NCBI GenBank assembly: GCA_017449065.1
Contig: JAFSKF010000037.1
Coordinates: 11,596 to 75,595 of the forward strand
Source: Bacteroidales bacterium
Lineage (GTDB): Bacteria; Bacteroidota; Bacteroidia; Bacteroidales; UBA3663
Reading direction: 5' to 3'
DNA length: 64,000 nucleotides
The number at the start of each line of letters is the position of its first letter. The stretch's first letter is position 1. The notes under the pieces were generated by a model. That model was given only the letters and a program-made list of their open reading frames with translations, did not search any database and was not told the origin of the DNA. The translations under genes were made by a program, and so were the position numbers. Shown here piece after piece: positions 27,634-37,667 of the stretch.

Positions 27634-30381
27634 ATGAATCTGATTGCAAAACGAAACGCATTATGTGTAGCAGTCCTATCCGGCCTTATGCTGGGATCAG
27701 GATTGCTTACTTCGTGCGAGAAAGACATCTTGGAGGGACAGCCATCGTGGCTGGGTAACTCTATTTACGAGCGTCTTGAAGAGGGTATCGTAGTAGATGG
27801 TGAGAAGAAATCCTTTAAGTACACACTTCGTCTTATTGACGATCTGGATCAAAAGGAGGTGATGTCTCACACCGGTTCGCGTACTCTTTTCGCTGCTTCC
27901 GATGAAGCGTACGAGGCTTGGTTCCGAAACAATGACTGGAATGTTTCCAAGTACGAAGATCTTACGGAAACACAGAAGAAAATTCTGTTTAACAATTCTG
28001 TCATCACCAACGCCTATCTGTTGGAACTGATGTCGAATGTGAGCACAACTACCGCAGGTGAGGAGCCGAAGAGCGGCCGCTGTATGCGCCGTGCTACAGC
28101 GTCATCGGTTTATGACAGCGTGCCGTTGATGGCACCTGAAGAGATGCCGGTCAACCCGCTGAACGATCCTTCTATGGATGCTTGGACACGTTTCCGTGAA
28201 GAAAACCGTACCATCCGCATTATGCGCGATAATTCGTCGGCTCCGATGATTCACTTCTTGCCGGAGTTCATGACCAGCAACAATATCACGACTGCCGATC
28301 TTCAGAAGATCTCGAACGATAGCGAAAGTACGATTGCCGATGCCTGGATCAATGGCAAGAAGGTGATCAGCGACGAGCAGACCTGCAAGAACGGCTATAT
28401 TTATGTGGTGGATGGCGTCATTGAGTCGAACCGCAATATGGCTGAGATTATCAGTCAGGAGCCGGAAATGTCGTTGTGGGCGAATTTGCTGAACCGCTTT
28501 TCGTTGCCGGTAGCCGCTCCTTACGCCAATCAGGCCAACTTCCAGCGTCTGTATAATACGACCGACTCTGTCTATGTACTTCGCTATTATAATAGTGAGG
28601 CAAACAATCCGCGCTATACGACGCCAAGCGGTTTGGCAGTTTATAAGAATGCTGCGGCTATGACCGGTCTTTTGAAGTTCGATCCGGCTTGGAACCAGTA
28701 TATCTATACCAATTCCATGGGCTACGACCTGCATTACGATGCTGCTGCCATGATTGTTCCGACAGATGCCGCTATGGAGTATTGGGCTCAGAACGACGGA
28801 AAGAGCCTGATGGAGGAATATCACAACAATTGGGACAGCATTCCATACGTAACGGTTTCCAAACTGATTAATGTGAACATGCTCAAGTCGTTTGTCGATG
28901 CCGTTCCTTCGAAGTTCGGTTCCGTGTTGGATGACTCGAAAGTCGAGTTGGGTATCAAGCCAAGCGATATTGTTAAGTCCTATATGGGCTGCAACGGCGT
29001 GGTTTACCTGGTTGATAAGGTGTTCGGTCCAAGTGAATTCCGTTCGGTGGTTTATCCGGCACTCTCGCACGAGAGTTCTACTATGGGTGTAATCTACAAT
29101 GCCATCGAAAGCTATGAGTTCGGTCCGTTCCTGAACTCTATGGAATCGTACTATAGCATGATTCTGCCAAAGAACGTGTCGGCCAATGAAGGTCCGGATG
29201 CATCGGAAGGCGATATCTTCATGAACTATATCGATCCTTGCACTTATGGTGCACATCCTGTGCTGATGCAGTTCTACTATGACAAGACCAACAAGGCGTT
29301 GGCAGCACACCGTTACTATTGCACCATCAACGAAGACGGATCTATCACAGTCGGTGAGGCATTGAGAGATGCCAATACCACTGAGATTGACGATCGTCTG
29401 ACCGATCTGGTGGATAACCTGATTATTGTCGGTAATATTGAGGACGGCAAGACCTACTATAAGACCAAAGCCGGTAGCTTTATCCGCGTGGGTCATGAGG
29501 GTCCTTCGGGTTGGAGCCTGGCAGGCGGTTTCCAGCAGGAGACTGGTGTAGATGTTCCAGTAACAGATGTTTATAATATGTCAACTACGGGTAACGGTAA
29601 GTCGTATGCCGTTGAAGACTATGTGCCGATGACTGCCCAGAATACCGTTTATGACATTCTGAAAAAGAAATCGGAAGAGGCTGGTTCAACTTGTAAGCTT
29701 TTCTACGAACTCTTAGCCAACGATGCCACCAAGGATGCGTTGCTTTCGAAGACGCTGACGGTGGGTTCTACTAACTATTATTGTGCCAACTATGCTACCG
29801 ATAACACCAGTAGCTTGAACCTTCGTTTGTTCGACCACTATAATTATACTGTATATGTGCCGACCGATACGACGATTCAGCGCCTTATCGATACAGGAAT
29901 TCTTCCTACTTGGGACGATTGGACATTGGCAGGAACCGGTGATGCGGAAAGTACTGTAACGACTCCTACACAGGATAGTATTGCCAAGATTATTCACGAC
30001 TTCATCCGTTACCATATTCAGGATAACGCTATTTATATCGGTGGTGAACCAGTCAGCGAAATGAAATATGAGACCGGTAAGCAGAACCCGGTTTCCAAAC
30101 GTTATTATTCTGTTACCGTTTCAGCCAATGCTTCCGGTTTGACAGTTACCGATCGTTCTGGTTCTGGCACGGAAGGTGTCGGAAAGACCTACCAGGTAAT
30201 TCAGGATAACAAGCTGTATAATGTGACCAGCCGTGAGTATTGGATCAGCGGCAGTCCTACTTCTACAGGAGCCCGTACCATCTATAGTTCTTCGAATGCG
30301 GTGGTTCACGAGATTAACGGAGCGCTGATTTATGACGTGAAACAGCTGATTCCTTGGAAACAGCAATTTACCATCCAGTAA
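27634..30381 (+). CDS. Fasciclin (FAS1)-domain lipoprotein
   Basis: Lipobox LLTSC; RTLFAASDEA, CKNGYIYVVDGVI, YTVYVPTD..., FIRYHI, VVHEINGAL; start reassigned to ATG 27634. Confidence 0.8.
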   Translation: MNLIAKRNALCVAVLSGLMLGSGLLTSCEKDILEGQPSWLGNSIYERLEEGIVVDGEKKSFKYTLRLIDDLDQKEVMSHTGSRTLFAASDEAYEAWFRNNDWNVSKYEDLTETQKKILFNNSVITNAYLLELMSNVSTTTAGEEPKSGRCMRRATASSVYDSVPLMAPEEMPVNPLNDPSMDAWTRFREENRTIRIMRDNSSAPMIHFLPEFMTSNNITTADLQKISNDSESTIADAWINGKKVISDEQTCKNGYIYVVDGVIESNRNMAEIISQEPEMSLWANLLNRFSLPVAAPYANQANFQRLYNTTDSVYVLRYYNSEANNPRYTTPSGLAVYKNAAAMTGLLKFDPAWNQYIYTNSMGYDLHYDAAAMIVPTDAAMEYWAQNDGKSLMEEYHNNWDSIPYVTVSKLINVNMLKSFVDAVPSKFGSVLDDSKVELGIKPSDIVKSYMGCNGVVYLVDKVFGPSEFRSVVYPALSHESSTMGVIYNAIESYEFGPFLNSMESYYSMILPKNVSANEGPDASEGDIFMNYIDPCTYGAHPVLMQFYYDKTNKALAAHRYYCTINEDGSITVGEALRDANTTEIDDRLTDLVDNLIIVGNIEDGKTYYKTKAGSFIRVGHEGPSGWSLAGGFQQETGVDVPVTDVYNMSTTGNGKSYAVEDYVPMTAQNTVYDILKKKSEEAGSTCKLFYELLANDATKDALLSKTLTVGSTNYYCANYATDNTSSLNLRLFDHYNYTVYVPTDTTIQRLIDTGILPTWDDWTLAGTGDAESTVTTPTQDSIAKIIHDFIRYHIQDNAIYIGGEPVSEMKYETGKQNPVSKRYYSVTVSANASGLTVTDRSGSGTEGVGKTYQVIQDNKLYNVTSREYWISGSPTSTGARTIYSSSNAVVHEINGALIYDVKQLIPWKQQFTIQ

Positions 30382-30391
30382 TCTGTACTTT

Positions 30392-33300
30392 ATGAAAAAG
30401 ATATTATCTATTTGCCTAATGCTTTTCTGCTGCCTGACGGTTCGGGCACAGCAGATTACTAACGTACATGGTACGGTAGAGGATGAATTCGGTCCGTTGA
30501 TGGCGGCCACCGTATGTGAGGTGGATGCCAACGGTCGTGTTGTATCGTCGTGTCTGACCGATATGAACGGTAACTTCTCGATGAAGGTAATCAGCCAGAA
30601 GAACCAGATCCGCATTCAGTATGTAGGTCTGACTCCGAAAACTCTTCCCATTGACAGAACTACCTATAAGGTGATGATGGAATCGGCTACCACTTTGCAG
30701 GAGGTAACCGTAACCAAGCAAAAAACCATGGAAGGCAACAACCTTCATATTCCGGAGCGAGAAATTTCGGTTGCCAAGCAGACCATTTCTGCCCAGGAGT
30801 TCGAAGGTTTGGGTATCAATACCATCGATGAGGCCTTGCAAGGTCGTATTGCAGGTCTCGATATCGTATCCCTTTCCGGTAACTTGGGTTCCGGTTCCGT
30901 GATGCGTCTGCGTGGTGCTTCTTCCTTGTCAACGCTGACCAACGAGAACCCGCTGATCGTAGTGGATGGAAACGTTTGGGATGTCGATATGTCGAACTTC
31001 GACCTTTCTTCGTCCAACGATGAGAAGTTCGCCGAGCTCTTGAACATCAATACCGAAGATATTGCTTCGATTAACGTATTGAAGGATGCTGCCGCTACCG
31101 CAATCTACGGATCGCAGGGTGGTAACGGTGTTATCGAGCTGACCACCAAACGTGGTACACGAGGCAAGCCGAAGCTGACCTATTCGATGAAGATGACGGC
31201 AACCTATCAGCCAGAGGGTATGAAGTTGCTGAACGGTGACGACTACACCATGTTGCTCAAGGAGTCATACTTCAATCCGCAGCAGAACGATAATGCCAGC
31301 AACATCAACGAGATCAACTACGATCCGACCTTCTCGGAGTACGAGCAGTATAATAACAATACTGACTGGCGCAAAGCCGTTACGCAGGTCGGTTTGCGAC
31401 AGAACCACTATGTTACCATTTCGGGTGGTGGTGAAAAGGCTACCTTCCGTATTTCGGGCGGTTTCGATAATGAGACGGGTTCTGTGATTAAGCAGAAGCT
31501 GCGCCGTTATTCGACACGTGCCAACCTTGACTACGACATTAGCCGTCGTATCCGTGTATCGACCAACTTCTCGATGACTTATACGAAGAACTGGAAGAAC
31601 TCTCACAATCTGTTGGCCATTGCACAGATCAAGATGCCGAATATGAGCATTTACGAGCAGGATCCGATTACGGGTGAGAATACTGACCGTTACTACAATA
31701 TGCAGCAAAGCGGTTTGGCAATGGGTAGCGATGTGTTCAAGAACGACCAGCGCGGTTATGTCAACCCGGTGGCTTCTGCCCATTTGGCCAAAAATACGCA
31801 GACCACCTATAACCTGTCTCCGGATTTGATTATCCGCTATGAGTTGTTAGGTTTGGAGGACGATCAGACACGTCTGACTTGGCGCGGTCAGGTGTATATG
31901 AACGTCTATAATGAGTACGTCGCTTCATACCTGCCCTCTGATCTCGTTACTACTGCTTGGACCGCTAACGATCATAATACCTCTTATCATGGTAGCAATA
32001 AGAGTGTTTCGATTACCACCAAGCAGGAGTTGACGCTGCGTCCTTACTTTGAAAACACCGATCATTCCGTATTGGCTTTGGCTCGTATGGAGATGAATTC
32101 GGGTAGCTCCACCGGACAGTCGCAGTCGGGTTATGGTCTGGCTTCCGGTATTGAGATGCCGGATGCCGGCGGTTCGACAAGTGGCATGGGATCAAGCTAC
32201 AACGAATGGCGTTCGCTCTACTTCACAGGTTCTGTCCACTACGCTTACAAGAGTCGCTATATGGCTGACTTCTCGATGCGTGCCGACGGAACCACCAAGT
32301 TCGGTCCTAACAAGCGTTGGGGTATCTTCCCATCCGTTTCTTTACGATGGAATGCCATTGACGAAGAATTTATGCGCTATTTCAAGGAGCGCGGTCTTTC
32401 TATGCTTTCCGTACGTTTCGGTTGGGGTAAGTCAGGTCTGGCTCCAAACAGAGACTATCTCTACGTTTCTAAGTATGATTCCGGAGCCGACTATATGGAT
32501 ATGAAATCCATGTTGCCGGTGAACCTGAAACTGACGAACCTGAAATGGCAGACAAAGTCGAGCTACAACCTCGGTTTCGATCTCGGCTTCTTCGACGATC
32601 GTCTGACCACCACGTTCGAGGTTTATCAGGAAACCACTCGCGATATGCTGATGCCGTCTTTCCGTATTCCTTCGAACTCGGGTTATGCATGGGTTGATTA
32701 CCGCAACTGCGGTGAGATGCGCAACTTGGGTTGGGAGTTCTATATCAACACCAACCGTCTGGTGAAGCGTGGCAAGTTTACTTTCGACTTGAACGTGAAC
32801 TTCGGCAACAACCGCAACACCATTCTGAAGATGGATGAAACCGTGCTTGAGAGTATGAACTCGACTTTCAATAACGAGAATGACCAAGTGCTGACCCGTG
32901 TGCAGATTGACAATCCTTTCGGTTCTATCTATGGTTTCCGCAGCAAGGGAGTATATCAGTATGAATACGATACATTTGCCGCTATGACGCGTGACGAACA
33001 GGCCGCATTCATTGCTTCGGGCAAAACAGCACCTGTTGCCTTAAATGCTAATGGCGATGTGATTTACGATGCCAATGGTAACCCAATCCGTATGACGTTT
33101 AATTACACCAACGATGCTTCTGGCAAGAACTACAAGTTCAAGGGTGGTGATGCCATTTATGAGGATGTGAACCACGATGGTCAGATCAACGCACTCGATA
33201 TCGTCTATTTGGGTTCTTCCCTGCCTAAGCTGGTGGGTGGTTTCGGCTTTGCCTGGAGCTACGGCGACTGGCGTCTGAGCACGCAGTTTACCTATCGTGT

Positions 33301-33718
33301 AGGTAACAAGATCCTGAACCGAGCCCGTTTGTGGTCGGAGGCAATGATCAACAACGATAACCAGAGCCAGGCGGTCAACTACCGTTGGCGTAAGGAAGGC
33401 GATGTTACTTCAATTCCTCGTGCTATGTACGGATCAACTTCCAACTATAATACATTGATTTCCGACCGCTTTGTAGAGAACGGTTCCTACCTGCGTATGA
33501 GCTATGCCCAGCTTTCTTATCAGATGAAGCGTCCGTGGCTGAAGAGTGCCGGTATCAATAAGGTCAACTTCTATGTGAGTGCCAACAACCCGTTTGTTTT
33601 GACAAAATATACGGGTGTCGATCCTGACGTATCTCAGTGGGGCTATGGTCCGGCAACCGATACCGGTAAGACGCCACGTGCCAAATCGTTCACCTTAGGT
33701 ATAACTCTCGATTTCTAA
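30392..33718 (+). CDS. SusC/RagA-family TonB-dependent transporter
   Basis: LQGRIAG, PLIVVDG, DIASINVLKDAAATAIYGSQGGNGVI, ENGSYLR, C-terminal Phe. Confidence 0.95.
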   Translation: MKKILSICLMLFCCLTVRAQQITNVHGTVEDEFGPLMAATVCEVDANGRVVSSCLTDMNGNFSMKVISQKNQIRIQYVGLTPKTLPIDRTTYKVMMESATTLQEVTVTKQKTMEGNNLHIPEREISVAKQTISAQEFEGLGINTIDEALQGRIAGLDIVSLSGNLGSGSVMRLRGASSLSTLTNENPLIVVDGNVWDVDMSNFDLSSSNDEKFAELLNINTEDIASINVLKDAAATAIYGSQGGNGVIELTTKRGTRGKPKLTYSMKMTATYQPEGMKLLNGDDYTMLLKESYFNPQQNDNASNINEINYDPTFSEYEQYNNNTDWRKAVTQVGLRQNHYVTISGGGEKATFRISGGFDNETGSVIKQKLRRYSTRANLDYDISRRIRVSTNFSMTYTKNWKNSHNLLAIAQIKMPNMSIYEQDPITGENTDRYYNMQQSGLAMGSDVFKNDQRGYVNPVASAHLAKNTQTTYNLSPDLIIRYELLGLEDDQTRLTWRGQVYMNVYNEYVASYLPSDLVTTAWTANDHNTSYHGSNKSVSITTKQELTLRPYFENTDHSVLALARMEMNSGSSTGQSQSGYGLASGIEMPDAGGSTSGMGSSYNEWRSLYFTGSVHYAYKSRYMADFSMRADGTTKFGPNKRWGIFPSVSLRWNAIDEEFMRYFKERGLSMLSVRFGWGKSGLAPNRDYLYVSKYDSGADYMDMKSMLPVNLKLTNLKWQTKSSYNLGFDLGFFDDRLTTTFEVYQETTRDMLMPSFRIPSNSGYAWVDYRNCGEMRNLGWEFYINTNRLVKRGKFTFDLNVNFGNNRNTILKMDETVLESMNSTFNNENDQVLTRVQIDNPFGSIYGFRSKGVYQYEYDTFAAMTRDEQAAFIASGKTAPVALNANGDVIYDANGNPIRMTFNYTNDASGKNYKFKGGDAIYEDVNHDGQINALDIVYLGSSLPKLVGGFGFAWSYGDWRLSTQFTYRVGNKILNRARLWSEAMINNDNQSQAVNYRWRKEGDVTSIPRAMYGSTSNYNTLISDRFVENGSYLRMSYAQLSYQMKRPWLKSAGINKVNFYVSANNPFVLTKYTGVDPDVSQWGYGPATDTGKTPRAKSFTLGITLDF

Positions 33719-33730
33719 TCCGAATATAAT

Positions 33731-35548
33731 ATGAAGAATACATATATATATAATAAGGTAAAAGTCCTTGCCCTGGCAGTATTACTTCTGCCCATGGGTA
33801 CAGCTTGCAACGATTTCCTGGAAGTCGAACCGCAGAACATCATTCCAGCCGAAGAGTTCTGGAATGAGGAAGGTGATGTGGAGAGTGTGATTGCCGGCTG
33901 TTATGCAGAGATGGAATCCTATTCTTTCCTCAGTCGTGCGTTGATTTGGGGCGAGTTCCGTTCGGAGAATGTTGTTGCCTACAATTCGAACGAAGAAATC
34001 GAGGAGGATGTCAATCTTCAGCGAATCCTGACTGAGAATATCACGGCTGATAATGCTTATACGACATGGACCACTTTCTATAACATTATCAACCGATGCA
34101 ACATCCTTTTGGAAAATGCTCCTAAGGTGGCAGAGTCCGATCCGTCGTACACCCAGAGTGAATTGAAAGCGCATTTGGCTGAAGCCACAGCGATCCGTTC
34201 ATTGTGTTATTTCTATCTGATTCGTGCTTTCCGCGATGTGCCTTATTCGGAAGAGCCGTTCATTGATGATGACCAGATTCTCGATCTGCCAGCCACTTCG
34301 TTCGAGACGGTTTTGCAGCATCTGATTACTGCGTTGGAGAACGTAAAGGATGATGCCGTAACCCGTTTCCCTGCATCTTCAAATTCAGGTTACGACTATA
34401 ATAAGAACCGCATGACCAAGTGGTTTATCTATTCGTTGCTGAGTGAACTCTATTTGTGGCAGAACGATTACGACAACTGCATTTATTATGCTGATCTGGT
34501 TATCGAACGTAAGAAGTATGAAGCCAAGGAAGAAGATGAGACGGAGGATTATAGTGCCTTCAACAATTTCCCGTTGATTAAGACACGCTATTCGCAGTTC
34601 TTCCCCATTTATGGCAATGCCTTTACTGAAATCTTTGTGGATGGCAACAGTCAGGAAAGTATTTTCGAACTGTGCTTCACCAAAACCGGATTGGCCACTT
34701 CTTCACTTTGCAATGGCCCGGTAAGTGCATTCTACGGAAACTCCGATCGTACCCCGTATGTCAAGGCTTCCGATTATGTTTCGAAGGATGTGACGGCATC
34801 CGACCGCAAGGTGTATGCCAGTGTTTATGATGGTCGAGCTTATGAGAACCTTCGTTTCTCGGGATCCGGCGATCCGCTTTCCATCAACAAGTTCACAACA
34901 CAGTCTTCCCTCCAGTTGGGCGATCCGTCATCGACGAACTATTTCTACAATACTACCGATGCGGGAAGTGCATTCTCATGGGGCCTGCCTACTTGGGGAC
35001 GTCAGTATAACACTTCCGGTTCGACAGCCTACGCTTCGTACAACAAATCGAACTTCATCATCTATCGTTTGACAGATATCATGCTCCTGAAGGCTGAGGC
35101 TTTGAGCCAGAAGATGTCGGGAGCAGAGACCTTGACAGCAACCGATTCCACGTATTGGACGGAGGCTTTCACTTTGGTGAATGCTGTTAACAAGCGCTCT
35201 TTGTATGTGACTACGTACAGAGATACCTTGGTTCAGACAAACTTTGCCTCTAAGGAACTGATGACCAACCTGGTTTATGATGAGCGAGAGCGAGAACTGA
35301 TGTTCGAGGGCAAACGTTTCTTCGATTTGGTTCGTCGCAGTCGTCGCGAGGGCAATACCGATTACCTGCGTTCGAAGGTTCCGAACAAGAGTGCCAGCAG
35401 CGCTACCATCATTCAGAATTCATTTGCGAAGATGGATCGCATTTACTGGCCTTACAATTTGGATGAGATGAAGGCGAATAAGAATCTGGTGCAGAATCCT
35501 GCTTTCGGAAGCGGCGAGAACTCCAGCTACGATAAAACAGCCAAATAA
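33731..35548 (+). CDS. SusD/RagB-family lipoprotein
   Basis: Lipobox GTAC, YNIINRCN, YRLTDIMLLKAEAL, DERERELMFEGKRFFDLVR, QNP. Confidence 0.93.
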   Translation: MKNTYIYNKVKVLALAVLLLPMGTACNDFLEVEPQNIIPAEEFWNEEGDVESVIAGCYAEMESYSFLSRALIWGEFRSENVVAYNSNEEIEEDVNLQRILTENITADNAYTTWTTFYNIINRCNILLENAPKVAESDPSYTQSELKAHLAEATAIRSLCYFYLIRAFRDVPYSEEPFIDDDQILDLPATSFETVLQHLITALENVKDDAVTRFPASSNSGYDYNKNRMTKWFIYSLLSELYLWQNDYDNCIYYADLVIERKKYEAKEEDETEDYSAFNNFPLIKTRYSQFFPIYGNAFTEIFVDGNSQESIFELCFTKTGLATSSLCNGPVSAFYGNSDRTPYVKASDYVSKDVTASDRKVYASVYDGRAYENLRFSGSGDPLSINKFTTQSSLQLGDPSSTNYFYNTTDAGSAFSWGLPTWGRQYNTSGSTAYASYNKSNFIIYRLTDIMLLKAEALSQKMSGAETLTATDSTYWTEAFTLVNAVNKRSLYVTTYRDTLVQTNFASKELMTNLVYDERERELMFEGKRFFDLVRRSRREGNTDYLRSKVPNKSASSATIIQNSFAKMDRIYWPYNLDEMKANKNLVQNPAFGSGENSSYDKTAK

Positions 35549-35578
35549 ATCACTTCTTGTTAGAGTATATATACCACT

Positions 35579-37636
35579 ATGAAAAAAATATTATATACCA
35601 TTTGGTGCCTTTCGAGTGTACTCCTGGTTTCCGCTTTCGGTTTCTCGTCGTGCGACGATGATCCTGATGCAGAGAACTACTACACGTTCACAGGCGAAAT
35701 GATGAGCGATTATCTGACTTCGCGTCCGGAGTATAGCGAGTTTGCTCAGATTGTGGATCGCGCCGGTTTGATGGATCTGCTGTCGGCTTACGGTCATTTC
35801 ACTTGCTTCCTGCCGAATAATACGGCTATGGATTCGTTTCTGGCAGCCAAGGGCAAAACCATGGAATCGCTCACCGTACTGGATTGCGATACTATCGCCC
35901 GCACCCACCTCGTAAATATGATTTATTCCACCTACGAGATGAAGGAGGGTACATTGGCCACACAGAACATGATGCGTCGTCCGATTACCGTCAAAGCGAC
36001 AACCGATGACGACGGCAATGCGGTTATCATGTTGAACAATGCTTCGATTATCTATTTCGAAACGCAGAACGACTCTGTGGAAAACGGTATCGTTCAGCCA
36101 ATCTCGGAGGTATTGGAGAGTTCTACCAATACGCTTCCTGACTTGATTGAGCTGAATCCTCGCGTCACTTTGTTCTCTCGGGCTTTAGGCGAGACTGGTT
36201 TGGCTGACGAGATGCGTCTTTATAAGGATCCGGATTATGTCAATCCAGAAATCATGATTACCTATAAATCCGGTGCAGAACCGGAAGAAGCAGCCAAGTC
36301 TCCGGATGACCGTTTGTACGGTTATACAGCTTTCTTGGTTCCTGATTCTGTCCTGTTTGTAAAATATCCGACGCTGATGGGTGAGAATAAATCCAGTCAG
36401 GAAAACCTGAAGGGCCTGTACGATTTGGCTTGCCAGATTTACGATCCTTTATATCCACAGGATGTGAATGCTCCCGGACATAGCTTTGAGAACCTGAGTG
36501 ATTCGGTGAACCCTTTGCGTCGTTTCATCGCTTATCATATTCTGGATCGCAACTGTCAGGGTCAGTTGACTGTCAGGAATAACTTCGGATTTGTTACCAC
36601 TTTGCTGAACCCTAACGAATGGTACACCACGATGCTTCCTTATTCTTTGCTGAAACTGGAGCGCCTCTATGTATCCCAGTTCCTGTACGGAGCCAATGCC
36701 GGTGACTATTATATCAATCGTCGTTGTGACAATCAGTTTACCGTCTATGGTGCTCATTTGATTACCAATGTCGAAGCAGAGTACGACAACAATTCGTTGA
36801 ATGGTTTCTACTATTATGTAGATGATGTTCTGAAGTTCGACGCAACAACCCGTGAGATTGTAGAAGGTGTGCGTATGCGCCTCGATTTCTCGACTTTGTT
36901 CCCGGAGGTACAGAGCAACGATATCCGCATGAATGGAGATTATTCTCGGTCTCGCGAAAGTCTGGAAGACAGTAAGAACGGACGCTATGGTTATAACTAT
37001 TGGTTCCCGAACGGTTATCTGGATGGTGTAACGGTGAACGATAACGGCTATTTCGTTTATCGACGTCCACGCCAAGGTTATTGGTCTTTGCATGGTGACG
37101 AGTTCATCTGCCAGGGCGATTACGACATCACTTTCCGTATCCCACCAGTGCCTGAAACCGGCGATTGGCAGATCCGTTTGGGTTATGCAGCCATGGTCGG
37201 TGTTCGTGGTGTCGCCCAGATCTATTTCGGAGAAGATCCGAAGAATCTGATTCCACAGGGCATCCCGTTGGATATGAACAAGGACTTACGTAAGATTTTG
37301 TACAATAGTAACTCTACCTGGTATAACTACAATGATCTTTCGGCAGAAAAGCGTCAAGAGAACCGTAAGACCTTGAAGAACCTTGGTTACTACTATGGTT
37401 GCAACGGAGGTTATCGTGACAACAGCTTCTCTAACCGCTTTGCCGATATCTATGCAACCTTACGTGTGGTTCTCTACACCGGACATATCGAAGCCGGTAA
37501 GGACTACTACATCCGTATCCGTGCCGTGTCTTCGAAACAGGGTAACAACAACGAAGCCATGCTCGATTACCTGGAGCTTGTGCCTAAACAGGTATATGGC
37601 GTTGTGGAAGACGGAGAGGAGGAAGATGATCTCTAA
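35579..37636 (+). CDS. Fasciclin-domain lipoprotein
   Basis: Lipobox FSSC; FTCFLPNNTAM, VENGIVQPI, YTAFLVPDS, FIAYHIL, NGFYYYVDDVL. Confidence 0.82.
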   Translation: MKKILYTIWCLSSVLLVSAFGFSSCDDDPDAENYYTFTGEMMSDYLTSRPEYSEFAQIVDRAGLMDLLSAYGHFTCFLPNNTAMDSFLAAKGKTMESLTVLDCDTIARTHLVNMIYSTYEMKEGTLATQNMMRRPITVKATTDDDGNAVIMLNNASIIYFETQNDSVENGIVQPISEVLESSTNTLPDLIELNPRVTLFSRALGETGLADEMRLYKDPDYVNPEIMITYKSGAEPEEAAKSPDDRLYGYTAFLVPDSVLFVKYPTLMGENKSSQENLKGLYDLACQIYDPLYPQDVNAPGHSFENLSDSVNPLRRFIAYHILDRNCQGQLTVRNNFGFVTTLLNPNEWYTTMLPYSLLKLERLYVSQFLYGANAGDYYINRRCDNQFTVYGAHLITNVEAEYDNNSLNGFYYYVDDVLKFDATTREIVEGVRMRLDFSTLFPEVQSNDIRMNGDYSRSRESLEDSKNGRYGYNYWFPNGYLDGVTVNDNGYFVYRRPRQGYWSLHGDEFICQGDYDITFRIPPVPETGDWQIRLGYAAMVGVRGVAQIYFGEDPKNLIPQGIPLDMNKDLRKILYNSNSTWYNYNDLSAEKRQENRKTLKNLGYYYGCNGGYRDNSFSNRFADIYATLRVVLYTGHIEAGKDYYIRIRAVSSKQGNNNEAMLDYLELVPKQVYGVVEDGEEEDDL

Positions 37637-37667
37637 ACCATCGTACTAATTGGAAATGTAAACCACT